Shown piece after piece: positions 11,674 through 24,390 of a stretch of DNA of 64,000 bases. The notes under the pieces are model-generated. The model saw nothing but the letters and a program-made list of their open reading frames with translations. It had not been told where the DNA came from and made no database searches. Each line of letters opens with the position of its first letter. The stretch's first letter is position 1. Position numbers and translations under genes: made by a program. The DNA is from Cetorhinus maximus (lineage: Eukaryota): positions 39,432,001-39,496,000 of the forward strand of contig NC_135895.1 in NCBI RefSeq assembly GCF_964194155.1, given 5' to 3'.

Positions 11674-14375
11674 TCTAATTATCAGTCACTGCCCTCAATT
11701 TCACCGCCCAATGCTGTCTGACTACTGATTGACTGGTGTCAAAGCCGTGGATGAGAAAGCATATTTTCAAATAATATAAGCAAGGCCAAGGCCATGCTTT
11801 CAACTTCCACATAGAAATCCATCCACTCCTTGCTGCATATTCAAAATGAGCCCAACAGTATATAATGTCAGTATACTGACCTACCAAGTGTTACTTTAAA
11901 ATGCATATGATACCCATCACAAAGACCACCCATCTTTATCACAGTATTCCCCATTTTGCCTTTACCACACTACCCACCATCATTGCTTAAACTGTATACT
12001 CACCTCCAGGCTCAATTCTCCAGCTTATCCAAAACAGCACGACCATGATCCTATTCCTCATTAAGTTCTAACTCACTGTCACGGTCATCCTGTCAATTCA
12101 CCAAGGCTCCCTCCTCCTTACAAAGCATTTAAATCAAAATGCTCATTCTTTAAAGATAATTTTCTCCATGGACCTGTCCCACTGTACCTCAAACCACTTC
12201 CAGCACTATATGAATCTTTTACTTATTCAATTCTAGTCTTCTTGATATTCACCTTTCTTCATTCTAAAATTGGTGCAAAAAGGATGTACTTCTCCAAAAC
12301 CACCTCAGCTCTACTCACGACTGTCACGATGGCTTGGATCCACTAATATTACCTTTATTCAAGCCCTCAGTGACAACCCTGTGCAGTGTGTGACCGACCT
12401 TGGTCGGTCAACTAATTTAAGTGATAGAAGCAGCTGCAGCAACCTTGCACCTGCCTATTGCCAGCTCCTGGATCTATCAAGCCTTTATTTTCTTCAGCCT
12501 GCCTGCACTGCTGGGTGATCTAAACTTGGATAGCTCTGTCTCTTTTATCTGGTTTCACACAGTATCAGTTTCCCCAGAAACCTGAAGTTTCAGTTTTCCT
12601 TCCCGTTAGGCTCTGACTTTAAAAATACAAGCTTTGAAACAAGGATCAGTGCATCTAACAGAACATTCAACAAGACACCTATTCAGATAACAACTGCACA
12701 TCCTCCCTCGCTGGTCTCGCAGACCACGGATTCCATCACACTACAGAAACTGTCCCAAACCCTCTGCTTTGCTACTCCTCTCCTATATTAAATATGCATG
12801 ATAAATCAGGGATTTATATAGGTGTATGTAAAATATACAAACATATTCACATTCTAAGAGGATCAATCAGGAGATGGCTGTTCTGAAAGGCTACTCTGTT
12901 TCCTAATCTCACTACATCCCAGTTGCAGTTCATACACAATGCTGCTACTTCATGGTGAGAATTGCCCATAGCAATGTTTGCTGCTACACCAGGGCAACAT
13001 TATCAGGTGGGGCAACTAGAAACAGTACTGCAAAATGAATAAGAGTGCTTCTGTGTACTTAGATGTGAAGAGACCCTCTTCATACTTGTGTGAGTGGGCT
13101 AAAAGGGAAAGAATACCTCAGTGAAATGTGAGCATAGCGACAATAAGAGACTAGTGATGGAATGATTAAGAATGAGTTAGAAAAGGTTGATTGCTTTTTA
13201 AACCAGCAAAACAGGTTACAGTGGATCTAAATGGGACTGACAATTGAGGTACGTTTTGAGTAAGTATACTCTGTTATCTGTAGATTAAACCAAATTGTTT
13301 GAATTTTCCTAACAAAAATTTTATTGGATTAAAAAAAATATTGGTTCTGGACTGGAAAAAAAACAGCCTGCATTTTAGAATCTACAAGTTGTAAATTATC
13401 TATTGGCAAGAGGAGGATCTAATATTCGAAAAACATTCTGGAAATGTAATTGGTTTGTGTTTTGACAGGGCAAATGAAACTAAATTTTCAGCCTCTGGCC
13501 CTCATATGAATGCAAGCTGTTGCCAAAAATCATGAGATGTATAATGAAATTAATTAAATTTGGTTTCAATTGAAATTAATATGTTGATGTAATAGAAATG
13601 GAAAATAATGCAAGTGGCTAAAACTCCTAATAAGTGCAAAGATTTTTGCGAATATAACTTAAACCCAATCCAAGCAAATGCAAACGTTGCCAATGAATTA
13701 TGACACCCTAAAAAAACATCTAATAACATTAGTTTGCACGATTTAGGATCATTCGCACATGAGGAAAGTGTAGCCTTGGGTGTGAGATAATGGCAGCTGT
13801 GGGTGGGTGGCTAAGCAAACAGAAAAGAGCTGGCAGCCTTATTTCAAGCGTGTTATCCACGTTATTTCACACTTATGGGGGGGAAAACCCGAAATTTGAA
13901 GTGGAGCTTCATGCTTTTCCAGTAACAAACACAATAAGAAGTCCTAACAAGCGAGTTGTGGACACATTCAGCCTCAAAAGAAAACCATTATTCAAAAGTA
14001 ATTACTACATTGAACAGTTTCAACCTTTCGTACTTTTTTAACCGAACAAAAACATAATCCACATTTGTGGTGCATAAATAAGCCGTGGACTAACAAACAC
14101 AAAATGCAAGTTTAGGCCACAAAACAAGTGTCACGGCATTCAAAAATAAAAACCTGACAAATAACCATAAACCTTTCCCACACGAGGAACAGGTTACAGA
14201 ACAAAAAAATATGCAGTGAACATCTTACATTTGGTTCTGGACTCTGAGAACAGTAAATGGTAAGAAAGAGCGTAAAGCGGCTGCTGAAGCCACGATGATG
14301 ATAATAACAACAAACACTGGGGCCAAAATGGCGACAAAGCAGGCTGCAGGGCAATAACATTGGCTGCCTACCTAC

Positions 14376-14650
14376 CTCCACAGGGGGAAATACTCAGCGT
14401 CAACCCCCCTCAACTCGACTGCTTTCCTCTTTTTCTTCTTCTCCTCCTCCTCTCACTCGAGTCGTGCGCGTCAACCCAATATATTTCCGATAGATTGCTG
14501 TTTTTATGTATATGTGCGTGTGTGTATATATATATATAGATATATATATGATCAGCCTCTCCAAAGCTGCTACCGCTGCGCCGCAATTTTTCCTCCTCCT
14601 ACCTCTCCGGGTGCTCGTGCTCGACACTCCTCCCGCTCGCTCACTCACTC
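14376..14650 (-). other. GPBP1L1: Probable non-coding first exon of a minus-strand gene running off the left edge (likely GPBP1L1)
   Basis: Minus-strand donor GAG|GTAGGT at 14376/14375, within a CpG island. Gene name rests only on vertebrate synteny GPBP1L1-TMEM69-IPP; no coding exon was seen in the window. TSS approximate. Confidence 0.45.
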
Positions 14651-14810
14651 GCGCGCGCGCGCTCGCGGGGATTCCACCAAAACACGGAAGGAGGCGTCAG
14701 CGAGCGGGGCGGGGGAGTCACGTGCCGCTCGGTCCTCTGACGTCACAATCAGCGAGCATTGTTGTGCTGTGTCCATCAGCCCTCCCCATTCCCTCGGCGG
14801 GCAATGCTCA
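14600..14810. promoter_or_regulatory. CpG-island housekeeping promoter
   Basis: (CG)n run at about 14650; GC box GGGGCGGGG 14706-14714; E-box GTCACGTG 14717-14724; full CRE TGACGTCA 14738-14745; YY1-like AAAATGGCG at about 14325. Confidence 0.8.
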
Positions 14811-15676
14811 ATTTGCCCATTTGTTTCACTCTGTGGAACAATGCGAGGGGCTAGAAAATTTGTAGTACCCCCCTCGAGCTGTCTGCCTAACATGGAATAT
14901 ATACTGCGAATATTAAGAGTATTTAAATTGTACTGAGGCACCTCATAGAGGAACATGCTGTATGCAGAAAAGTTGAATTCCATTGCACTTTCTGTAATTT
15001 TTCAATTTGAAATGCTTTTTGTCCTCAGGCTGGATGCCTGACATGCAATGTATATTCTAAACATAAAGAGTCTTACAATTGCATAGAGTGAAGAGTGGAA
15101 CATACACGTCGAATTTTATTGTACTTACTGTAATTTTCAAATGTTTTGTAATGTACTTTTACAAATTTTTGAATAAAGTATATTTTGGGGGAAAAGATTT
15201 GTTTCACTCTAGTCTGCCACGGCTGCCTGAAAACAAGATTTGGCGGGATGTGGTGCGAGTGGGAACTACACCTGTTATTTTTAAAAAACATTTTCTCAAT
15301 TCCCTCCGCACCAAACTTGTGTTTTCCCACTTTATTGAATGGAGGTGGCAAGGATGAGTTCTGATTAAGGATTGTCGACTTGAAATGTTAACTAATTTCT
15401 CTCCACAGACGCTGCCTGACTTGCTCCAGCATTTTCTGTTTTTATTTTTGACAGGGAGCAGTGAAGGCTGTGTGCATGGGGCTGCATCATATCTTGATAG
15501 ATCAGGTGGTCTTTTTCATACCTGAATTAAGTTGTGGATGAGCGAAATTTTTCTCCAATTTATTATCAAAGAACAGCCATTGTTTCCCAACCTACCTAAA
15601 GTTCTGCTCCTTTGTCACAAAGCATTCCATTTCCTGTCTAATAAAAAGCCATCAACCCGAAAAGTTAACTTTGGCT

Positions 15677-15719
15677 TCAGTTCTGCCGAAGGGCCATGAA
15701 GGCTCGAAACGTTAACTGA
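15677..15719 (+). ncRNA. Minimal type-I hammerhead ribozyme-like motif in a Penelope-derived repeat
   Basis: Stem I TCAGTT/AACTGA; core CTGCCGA (A6>C variant) plus an extra A; stem II GGGCC/GGCTC; GAAA; palindromic loopless stem III ACGT; putative GUU cleavage triplet. Confidence 0.65.
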
Positions 15720-16729
15720 TTTCTTCTCCGCCGATGCTGCCAGACCTGCTGAGTTTTTCCAGATAATTCTGTTTTTGTTTTGAAAAGTTAACTCTTGTTT
15801 CTCTCCACAGTTGCTACCTGATCTGCTGAGTATTTCCAACATTTTGTTTTTGCGAGGGGTAACTTTGTTGGTCTGTATTTCAAACCTTGTATGCTATCCA
15901 TCACCAGAACGATTCCACCTTTGCAACATTGCTTCACTTTCATCACAAGTTTATATTTCTGATTTTGCTAACCTTGTATTTATCATGGGTTAGATTTCTC
16001 ATGGATTACATTTCTAAGCGCCTCTCATCTACTACCTGTGAACTTGTTGATTTACAATGGATCTTTGTTCCCCAACACATTGAAATTAAAATTTTAATCT
16101 GCAAATTCCTCCACAGACACATACTAGCCCATATCCCTCTCCAACTTTATGTTCCTATAAGACCATAAGCAGAAGTAGGCCTTTCGGCCCATCGAGTCTG
16201 CTCCACCATTCAATGAGATCATGGCTGATCTGATAATCCTCAACTCCACTTTCCTGCCTTTTCCCCATTACCCTTGATTCCCTTATTGATTAAAAATCTA
16301 TCTATCTCAGCCTCCTTCCTGTTTTTCAAGTCCTCTCTTCTGTTCTGTTATTCCTTTTCACTCCGCTGTACTTTGAATGAGCTAAAAGTCTGTAGGGATA
16401 GTACTAGTCTCCCTCTGTAACTCCAACATTCTGTTGACTTTTTGCCAGTTACAGTGGAACACCAGTGGAAACCTGTGGAATTTTAGACCCACTTTCTTTT
16501 AAGTCTTTCATTGACCTGGACCAAGGCTTAACTTTGAGCCAGGCTGACTCCGTGTTAAACGGAAGATTGGCCAAGACAGTGGCTCTAAAAGGGCTGTTAC
16601 TTTGCTGCTAAAGGAGTTTTGTTTCGTTCCTTGAAGAAATTATTTTCCAGTAAGTATGGCAGAGGCAAGAAGGAATATGGGTAATCAAACCAATGACCAC
16701 CTTGGAGAACCTGATGCAGATGGTTAAAA

Positions 16730-17030
16730 CTCACTCACTTTTCCAGAACCGCTTTATCCAGTACAGAGTCACAGGGAGTAGGAGCCTATCCCGACAGGCA
16801 GTGGGTGCAGTACATCCAAGACTGGATGCCAGCCCATCACAGGGCGCACACACACACACTAAGGGGCAATTTAACCATAGCCAATCCATCTAACCAGCAC
16901 GTCTGCACGGTGGGAGGAAATCAGAGCACCCAATGGAAACCACACAGGGAGAACTTGCAAACTCCACACAGACACCCGAGGTGAAAATCGAACCCGGGTC
17001 CCTGGAAATGTGAGGCCACCGTGTCACCCA
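16730..17030 (-). mobile_element. V-SINE (HE1/DANA-like tRNA-derived SINE)
   Basis: Minus strand reads GGGACCCGGGTTCGATT (B box), V-domain GTGTGGAGTTTGCAAGTTCTCCC, and tail GGATAAAGCGGTT...(GAGT)n. Confidence 0.8.
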
Positions 17031-17935
17031 TGGTTAAAGTTGCTTGGATGTAACTTGTGGAGAAAATGAATGGAATATGCCAGGTTAGAGGAGTAAATCA
17101 GTGTTTTGGCACACATTATTTTACCTGAGACATAGTTCGCATGGCACAAACCAAAATTGTGAGCTGCAGCACCTTCAAATTTTTCCATTCTTCTTTCAAT
17201 CTAGCAATCAATCTACCCTGAAATCATTGTAGCATGTTTTTCTTTCTCAATTTGTTTTTGAACATAATTCAGTGTTTTAACTGATATTTAATAACATTCA
17301 AAGCGCCTGCAGTTTTTTGGCACTTGTTACCAGAAGTGGAATGGTCATAACCATTTAACCACTCAATAGAAGCGGTGATACTTTATCAGCAGAAAGAAAG
17401 TTTGTTGAATTACATTAATGTTTAGCTTTCAAAGGTTCAATGATTTAATCATAATTTTGTTTTATCTGTCAAAAATGTTTCTCATTGTACAAAACAGGAA
17501 ATAACTTTACACATGATAGTGATAACATTATTCTCCCACCTTTCACTACTAAAATAATTAAAAATAATCCTGCATATTATTACAAGTAATGTACAGGGGT
17601 GGGATTATGATGAAAATAATCTAGGTTCTAAAATGTGGTTTATTTGACATTGGATTGTAATCTCAAAATAATCCAACCTGTCATGTATTCTCTCACTATA
17701 AATTATTGATTTCCCCTTTGTTTTGAAACTATTATATCCTTGTGCTGATTGTGTTAATTTAAATAAAGGTTTTGTTTGTAGGCAAGGATTTGTTTTGCAC
17801 AATTTTCCAACAGCTGATAAAACCACTGCACCTTCAGACAGGGAAGTTTACAACACTACCTGGTTTGGCCTGTTCATGACTCCAGTGCTTTAATAAAATG
17901 CTAATTAACTCAGTTGAGTGCCACTCAATTGCCAC

Positions 17936-18259
17936 TAGGGTTGTGAGGTTTCATCACATGACTTGCCCTCCTGCTTCAGCCGTTAGTTGGCCAACACAAC
18001 CATTTTTGGGATGTTCTGCCTTCCTATGCCAACTGGAAAGCAAAAAGGGACATTACCCATTTGGATAATGTTTGACTATCAGCCAAACAGCATTTTTTCC
18101 TTCATTTTCAATATTTTTATATCTGGTAAAGGGAAATGTTAAAAGTTTTTTTTTAAAAATCTCGATTATTTTTCCCCAGGGTTGCACACAGCGGGGTCCT
18201 GGAGATTGATCTTCAATTCCTGGAGACTCCTGGCCAATCCCGGAAGGTTTGTAACCCTA
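17936..18259. mobile_element. Non-autonomous hAT-like DNA transposon (MITE)
   Basis: Terminal inverted repeats TAGGGTT / AACCCTA; 8-bp TSD ATTGCCAC (17928-17935) and AGTGCCAC (18260-18267), 7/8 match. Confidence 0.65.
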
Positions 18260-18669
18260 AGTGCCACCCATGTTGAGGGGGATTGACAGACGAGGGAAGA
18301 AGTGGGCTGCATCAAATGACCACGTTTCTTGTTGTGCTTATTTTTCGCGTTATGGGGCTTCAGAAAATGGGTGAAGTTTTGACCCCAGTTGTGTGATTTT
18401 CCAACAACTCCATACACTGCTGCTGGTTTACCATTTCCTCTGGTGCTTATGAGTTCAGCACAGTCAATCTGAAACCAGACACCATTAGAAAAACAATACT
18501 GACAATCCACAATGAAAATAAAAACGAAGGGCTCGTACAGTGGTAACCAGCGCAGAGGGGGGTGGGGGGAATCCTTTCAATATTTCGGGTTGGCGACCTT
18601 TATACTGAAAGACCTGGTTTGTATTCCCAGCAGTTTAAACTAAAACGAGAATGGGATATTTTTCAGATC

Positions 18670-18854
18670 ATTCTGCGCTTCCTCGGGAACTGAGAGCAGC
18701 CGCTTCCCTCCTGTTTCCTGGCCCGGAAGTGAATGGCGGTGACCCGGAAAGAAACGCCGCTTTCGAGGTTGCATTGATTTCTCTCCCCCCGTGGGCCGGG
18801 AATTCGGTTTGGGGGAATTTTGTTGCTGGATTTCTGTCGACTTTCTCGCTGGAG
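18670..18854 (+). promoter_or_regulatory. TMEM69: TMEM69 promoter and non-coding exon 1
   Basis: CpG-rich; ETS/GABP site CCGGAAGT 18723-18730 followed by YY1-like ATGGCGG; strong donor GAG|GTAAGC at 18854/18855. Confidence 0.7.
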
Positions 18855-19447
18855 GTAAGCGCGTGATGTTCTCTAACCTTGGAGCTGCTGCTCGGGGAGG
18901 GATCAGTCACATCCAAAAATAACTTGTTTTTTTTTAAATAACCTTGTCAAACACCCCAAGGCCTTCCACAGGTACAGTATCAAACAAACCAATGGGCGCA
19001 CAACCACACAGGGAGGTGTTAGGGCAGATAACCAAAAGCTTAGGTCAAAGATGTACATTTTAAAGTAGCGTCTTGGTAAAGTTCATGGTCGAGTCACGTC
19101 CATTGGGGTTCGGATTGTTCTTGGCCAAGTGGTATTTTTCACATTCAAACCGTATTCATTATTGGGGTTAGTGCTGTCATTATTTTAATAAAGGGTGTCT
19201 CAATGTGATGGTTGTCATTCTGTAAAGACAATCCCACTCTATAGGCAGTATTTAATGGAGGTGACGGGGGTCTCGCTCGCCCGCCGGCTGGAGAGCCTGT
19301 AGAAGCCCCGCCCCTCCCGTTGCCTCTTTTAGGGCGGGCGGGCCCACCAAATTAAGTGCCACTCAAAAACCACGGGCCGAGAGCTGCCGGCCTATTTATT
19401 ATACGTTGGTAGTTCTTCTGAACAGCACTGCCACCAGGGAGGTAGTA

Positions 19448-19813
19448 TAAAAACAAAAAGCTAAAAGCTACTGCGGATGCTGGAAATCCAAAACAAAAAC
19501 AATTACCTGGAAAAACTCAGCAGGTCTTCCATTCTTAATTAGCACTTTTCTTAGACAAATATCACCACCTTCAACACCTCTTTGATCCTTTTGTCTGTGA
19601 CATCTTTTGATTATCTGCTCCTATCACTGCTTGCTTATCTCCACAATCACCACACCCTCAACTTCTCTCTCCCCCCGCCCCCCCACCTTAAACCAGCTTA
19701 TATTTCACCTTTCTCCTAACTATGCTTCAGTTCTGCCGAAGGGTCGTGAAGACTCGAAACGTTAACTGATTTCTTCTCCACCGATGCTGCCAGACCTGCT
19801 GAGTTTTTCCAGG
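19448..19813 (+). mobile_element. Penelope-like pseudo-LTR fragment with an inverted 5' piece and a hammerhead motif (19727-19769)
   Basis: 19448-19527 is an inverted copy of the 3' end. Body matches 26620-27060 and 32650-33155. Motif TCAGTT-CTGCCGA-A-GGGTC-GTGAA-GACTC-GAAAC-GTT-AACTGA. Confidence 0.8.
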
Positions 19814-21136
19814 GAAGTAGTATGACTGTTGCCAGTACGATACCCAGCTGAGGCCTAGTATCATTGCTAGATCCCAAGCCATAGGTGAATGATGGGAGGA
19901 GGAGGGGGGAGATGTAGAGTGAGATTGCAGGGGATAGGGGGTCAGCAGCAAGGCCAGGTGGCTGGCTGTCTGCCCCCTACCCCCTGATATCAGGTCCCTC
20001 AATCACTTTGAACAAGGGACCCCCATGGGAGCCTGCAGACTTATGCTACCAGCATAGCGAGTCTCCTGTTGTATTTATACCAGTAGCGACAAGATGAAGC
20101 CTGTGAGGATCCTGAATTTTGATGGACACCGAATTTTGGACATTCTTCCTCCTGAGTTATTTTTAAAAGTTTGAATATTAATTTGGGGCTGTGAATGTCT
20201 CATTCTTCAAGAAACCACGGTTCAAGATGGAGAGGGAAGAGATACTTTGTATATCTAAGAAAGAACTGCTGTTGCCAAGCTAAAGACTTTTGCTGATAGG
20301 CCAGGTGTTTTTAACCAAAGAGAAGTATACTTTGAACAACTTAGTCTTTAAAACTCTCAGGCAGAGTGTGGTGTGCCTTGGAAGCAAGCTGCAAGGAAAA
20401 CACTCTTGTCTTTCCCTCCCTCTACCCACCTTTGTGTTAAACTTTCTTCAGAAATGTCTCATTGGAATAAATAATGTTTTTTTTTAAAGTCTGCAAAGTT
20501 GTGATAAGTCAGAGACATCAAGGACAGTTTCACCAGAAAAATCCATCTTAGAGAACTTCCAGATCTATTGTGATCAGAATTCTGCAAGATCAACATTATC
20601 AAAATCTCCTCGAATTTTATCCTCTTAAAATAAACGTTCCCATACTTCAGCCTCTGCAGGAACTGTTTGTTTTGTCCTATTTTGTGTTTGTGTGCGAGTA
20701 TATGGGGGTTCGAATATCTTTTTTAAAAATAAGGGAAAATCATTACACTTCTAAACTACAACTTGTATGGTAACCAGTTTCATAACTTGTTTTAAAAAAG
20801 TTTATTTTATAATAAATCAATTTTTTTTGTTTACTGAGAGAAGACTGGTTAGAGTCTTTTTAACTGTGGAGAAGTGGGGCTAGAATTAACTGCACCCTCC
20901 CATCTTGGTCTGTAATAGCCCTTAAATGGGCAATAATTGCCACTTAAGGTCATTAATTGGTGGCAGGGCAGGAAAGTCATGCACAGGCCTCCCAGCCACA
21001 GATTTAATCAGGGTGGAGGTGGGAGTAATGGGGTTCCTACCCACCACCCTTTCTGTCTGATTAAATGCACCTCTAACCACCAAAATGTAATTAAATCCCA
21101 CCAAAGTATGTAAATGGGTCTGTAATCCAGGTCAAT

Positions 21137-24100
21137 ATACATCAGGTCTGACAGCATTTGTGGAGAGAAAGACAGAGTTAACGTTTCGAGTCTGTATGAC
21201 TTCAGAGCTAAAGGGAAATAGAAATGTGGTGAAATATATACCGTTTAAGGGAGGTGGAACAGGTGAAGCTGGATAGAAGGCCAGTGATAGGTGGAGGCAA
21301 AGGAGAGATTGCAAAAGATATCATAAACAAAAGGTCAAAGGGTTGTTAATAGTGGTGGTACTGGCTAAAGGAGGTGGTAATGGTGGCATTAAGAGTGGAA
21401 AGCAGAATGTGATAATGGCCAGACCAGGGTAAGCATTCTGGAAACTGACAAATGGCCCTCGTGGGGGTGGGGTGGGGAGAGGGGACGGTGGTGGGAAAAA
21501 AGATCGAAAATAGGCTAAAATCTGGGGATAAAACAATGAATAGAAATGGAAATAAATTTTTAAAATAATGAAAATAAGTGGGAATAAATAAGTAAAAATT
21601 AAACAATAAAAATGAATATAGAAAAAAGGGGATCAAAAAGGGGTGGGGATGGAGAGAGAGTTCATGGTCTGAAGTTGTTGAACTCAATGTAAAGTGCCTA
21701 ATCGGAAGATGAGGTGCTGTTCCTCCAGTTTGCGTTAAGCTTCACTGGAACATTGCAGCAGGCCAAGGACAGACATGTGGGCATGAGAGCAGGATGGTGT
21801 GTTGAAATCGCAATCAACAGGAAGGTCTGGGTCATGCTTGCAGACAGACCGAAGGTGTTCTGCAAGGCAGTCATCCAGTCTTGCTTTTGGTGTCTCCAAT
21901 GTAGAGGAGAATGCGTTGGGAGCAAAGAATGCAGTAGACCAAATTGAGGGAAGTGCAAATTGAAAGGAGTGTTTGGGCCCTTGGACGGTGAGGAGGGGTG
22001 AAGGGGCAGGTGTTGCACTTTCTGCGATTGCATAGGAAGGTGCAGTGGGAGGGAGTTGAGGTGTTCGGGGTGATGGAGGAGTGGATCAGGGTGTCCCGGA
22101 GGGAACGGTCCCTACGGAACACCAAGTGGGGGTGGGTGGGGGGAAGAAGATGTGTTTGGTGGTGGCATCATGCTGGAGTTGACGGAAATGGCGGACGATG
22201 ATCCTTTGAATGCAGAGGCTGGTGGGGTGAAAAGTGAGGACAAGGGGGACACTATAATGGTTCTGGGAGGGAGAGGAAGGTGTGAGGGCAGAGGAGCAGG
22301 AGATGGGTCGGATAAGGTTGAGGGCCTTGTCAACCACCGTGGGTGGGAAACCTTGGTGAAGGAAGACATGTCAGAAGCACTGGTTTGGAAAGTGGCGTCA
22401 TCGGGACAGAAGCGAAGGAACTGAGAGAATGGGATGGAGTCTTTACAGGGAGCAAGGTGTGAGGATCGGTAGTCGAGGTAGCTGTGGGAGTCTGTGGACT
22501 CATAATGAATATTGGTGGACAGTCTATCACCAGAAATTGAGACAGAGAGGTCAAGGAAGGGAAGTGTCGGAGATGAACCATGCGAAGGCGATAGAGGAGT
22601 GGAAATTGGAAGCAAGATTGATAAATTTTTCCAGGTCCAGGCAAGAGCATGAAGCACACCAAAGCAGTCATTGATGTACTGAGAAAAGAGTTGTGGGAGG
22701 GGACCCGAGTAGGATTGGAAAAAGGAATGTTCGACATACCCCATAAAGAGACAGGCATAACTGGGGCCCACGTGGGTACTCATAGCCACAGCTTTTATTT
22801 GGAGGAAGTGAGACAAGTTTAAGGAGAAATTGTTCAGTGAGAGAACAAGTTCAGCCAGACAGAGGAGCGTGGTGGTGGATGGGGATTGTTCGGGCCTATG
22901 TTCAAGGAAGAAGCAGAGAGCCCTCAGACTATCCTGGTGGGGGATGGAGGTATAGAGGGATTGGACGTCCATGGTGAAGAGGTGCCGGTTAGGGCCAGGG
23001 AACTGGAAATTGTTGATATGATGTAGGGCATCAGAGGAATCGCTGTTGTAGATGGGAAGAGACTGGACAAGGGGAGAGAGAACGGAGTCAAGATAGGAAG
23101 AAATGAGTTCCGTGGGGCAGGAACAGGTTGATATGATCGGTCTACCGGGACAGTCCTGTTTGTGGATTTTGGGGAGGAGGTAGAAGCGGGCTGTCAGGTT
23201 GGGAGACTGAGGTTGGAAGCTGTGGTGGGAAGGCCCCCAGAGGAGATGAGCTTAGTGACAGCCCTAGAAACAACGGCTTGATGCTCGGTGGTAGGGTCAT
23301 GGTCCAGGGGCAGGTAGGAGGAAGTGTCTGAGAGTTGGCACTCAGCCTCTGCGAGGTAGACGTCGGTATGCCAGACAGCAACAGCACCACCCTTGTCGGC
23401 AGGTTTGATAAAGTTAGGGTTTGACCTGAGAGAACGGAGTGCGGCAAGTTCAGAAGGAGACAGTTTAGAGTGGGTGAGAGGAGCAGAGAAATTGAGACGG
23501 CCAATGGCACGTCAACAGTTTTCAATGAAAAGATCAATGGCAGATAAGAGGCCAGAGAGGTCCAGTGGAGGGAGAATACTGGAAGCGGGTCAAAGGATCC
23601 GTTGAATGGGGGGAGGACTCCTGCCCAAAGAAGTGAGCACAGAGACGAAGGTGGCGGAAGAAGAGTTCAGCATCGTGCAGAGCCCGGAATTCATTGAGGC
23701 GAGGGTGTAAGGGTATGAAACTGAGTCCTTTGCTGAGTACAGAATGTTCAGTATCAGAGAGGGGAAGGTCAGGAGGTATGGTGAATACACAGCAAGGGCT
23801 GGGATTAGAAGACGGGATGGGGTCAGAGGGACAGGCAGGGGTAGAGGGTCCTGGATGGACATTGGTATCAATGAGTTGTTGGAGCTTGCGTTCCTTAGCA
23901 CCTGAAAGAAAGAGACAAAGTTACTTGTTAAGGCGTCGGATGAGACGAAGAATAAAATGAAACTGGGGGCAAGGACAGCTTTGAGATAGGGTGAGTCGGT
24001 GCTCCTGGAGGGAGAGTTCGAGTGTGTTCATATGGCGGTGCATGGCACTGAGTGTGGATCTCAGGATGCGACAAGAACAGCAGTCCGAGGAACGCTGCAT

Positions 24101-24390
24101 GTCCCAGAGATACCTGTAATTCTAGATGGATTCAAAACATGAGGGATGGAACTTCAGTTGGAATCGACGTGGGGTAAGTCGGAGACGGAGACAGTCACTG
24201 AGGAAGGAAATATGGCTGTGAAAGCGAGTTTTAGTAAACACCTTGTCAAAAACCAGGAGGGAAATGGAAAGCAATGAAGGTGAACAGGGCAAAAGAGACA
24301 AGCGGAAATCCTGTCGGAGAGAAGAGCAGTACTTCTTCAAGGTCAGCATTCCTGGAAGAGAGTGGCAGTGAATTAAACATCAAGATAAAG
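21137..24390 (-). mobile_element. Near full-length Penelope-like retroelement (RT + GIY-YIG endonuclease), inactivated
   Basis: RT motifs MDVQSLYTSIP, AMSTHVGPSYACLFMG, QYINDC (degenerate YIDD), FLDLSV; GIY-YIG NLVYCILCSQRILLYIG. Frameshifted across ORFs from 21698 to 24349. Confidence 0.92.

Noticed and set aside
14400-14983. Several 80-140 aa ORFs over the CpG island
   Set aside because: GC-rich and microsatellite-derived, with no recognisable domain; typical spurious promoter ORFs.
22112-22972. 286-aa RT ORF as an active or domesticated gene
   Set aside because: Catalytic YIDD reads YIND, and the frame shifts mid-ORF; a dead Penelope copy.
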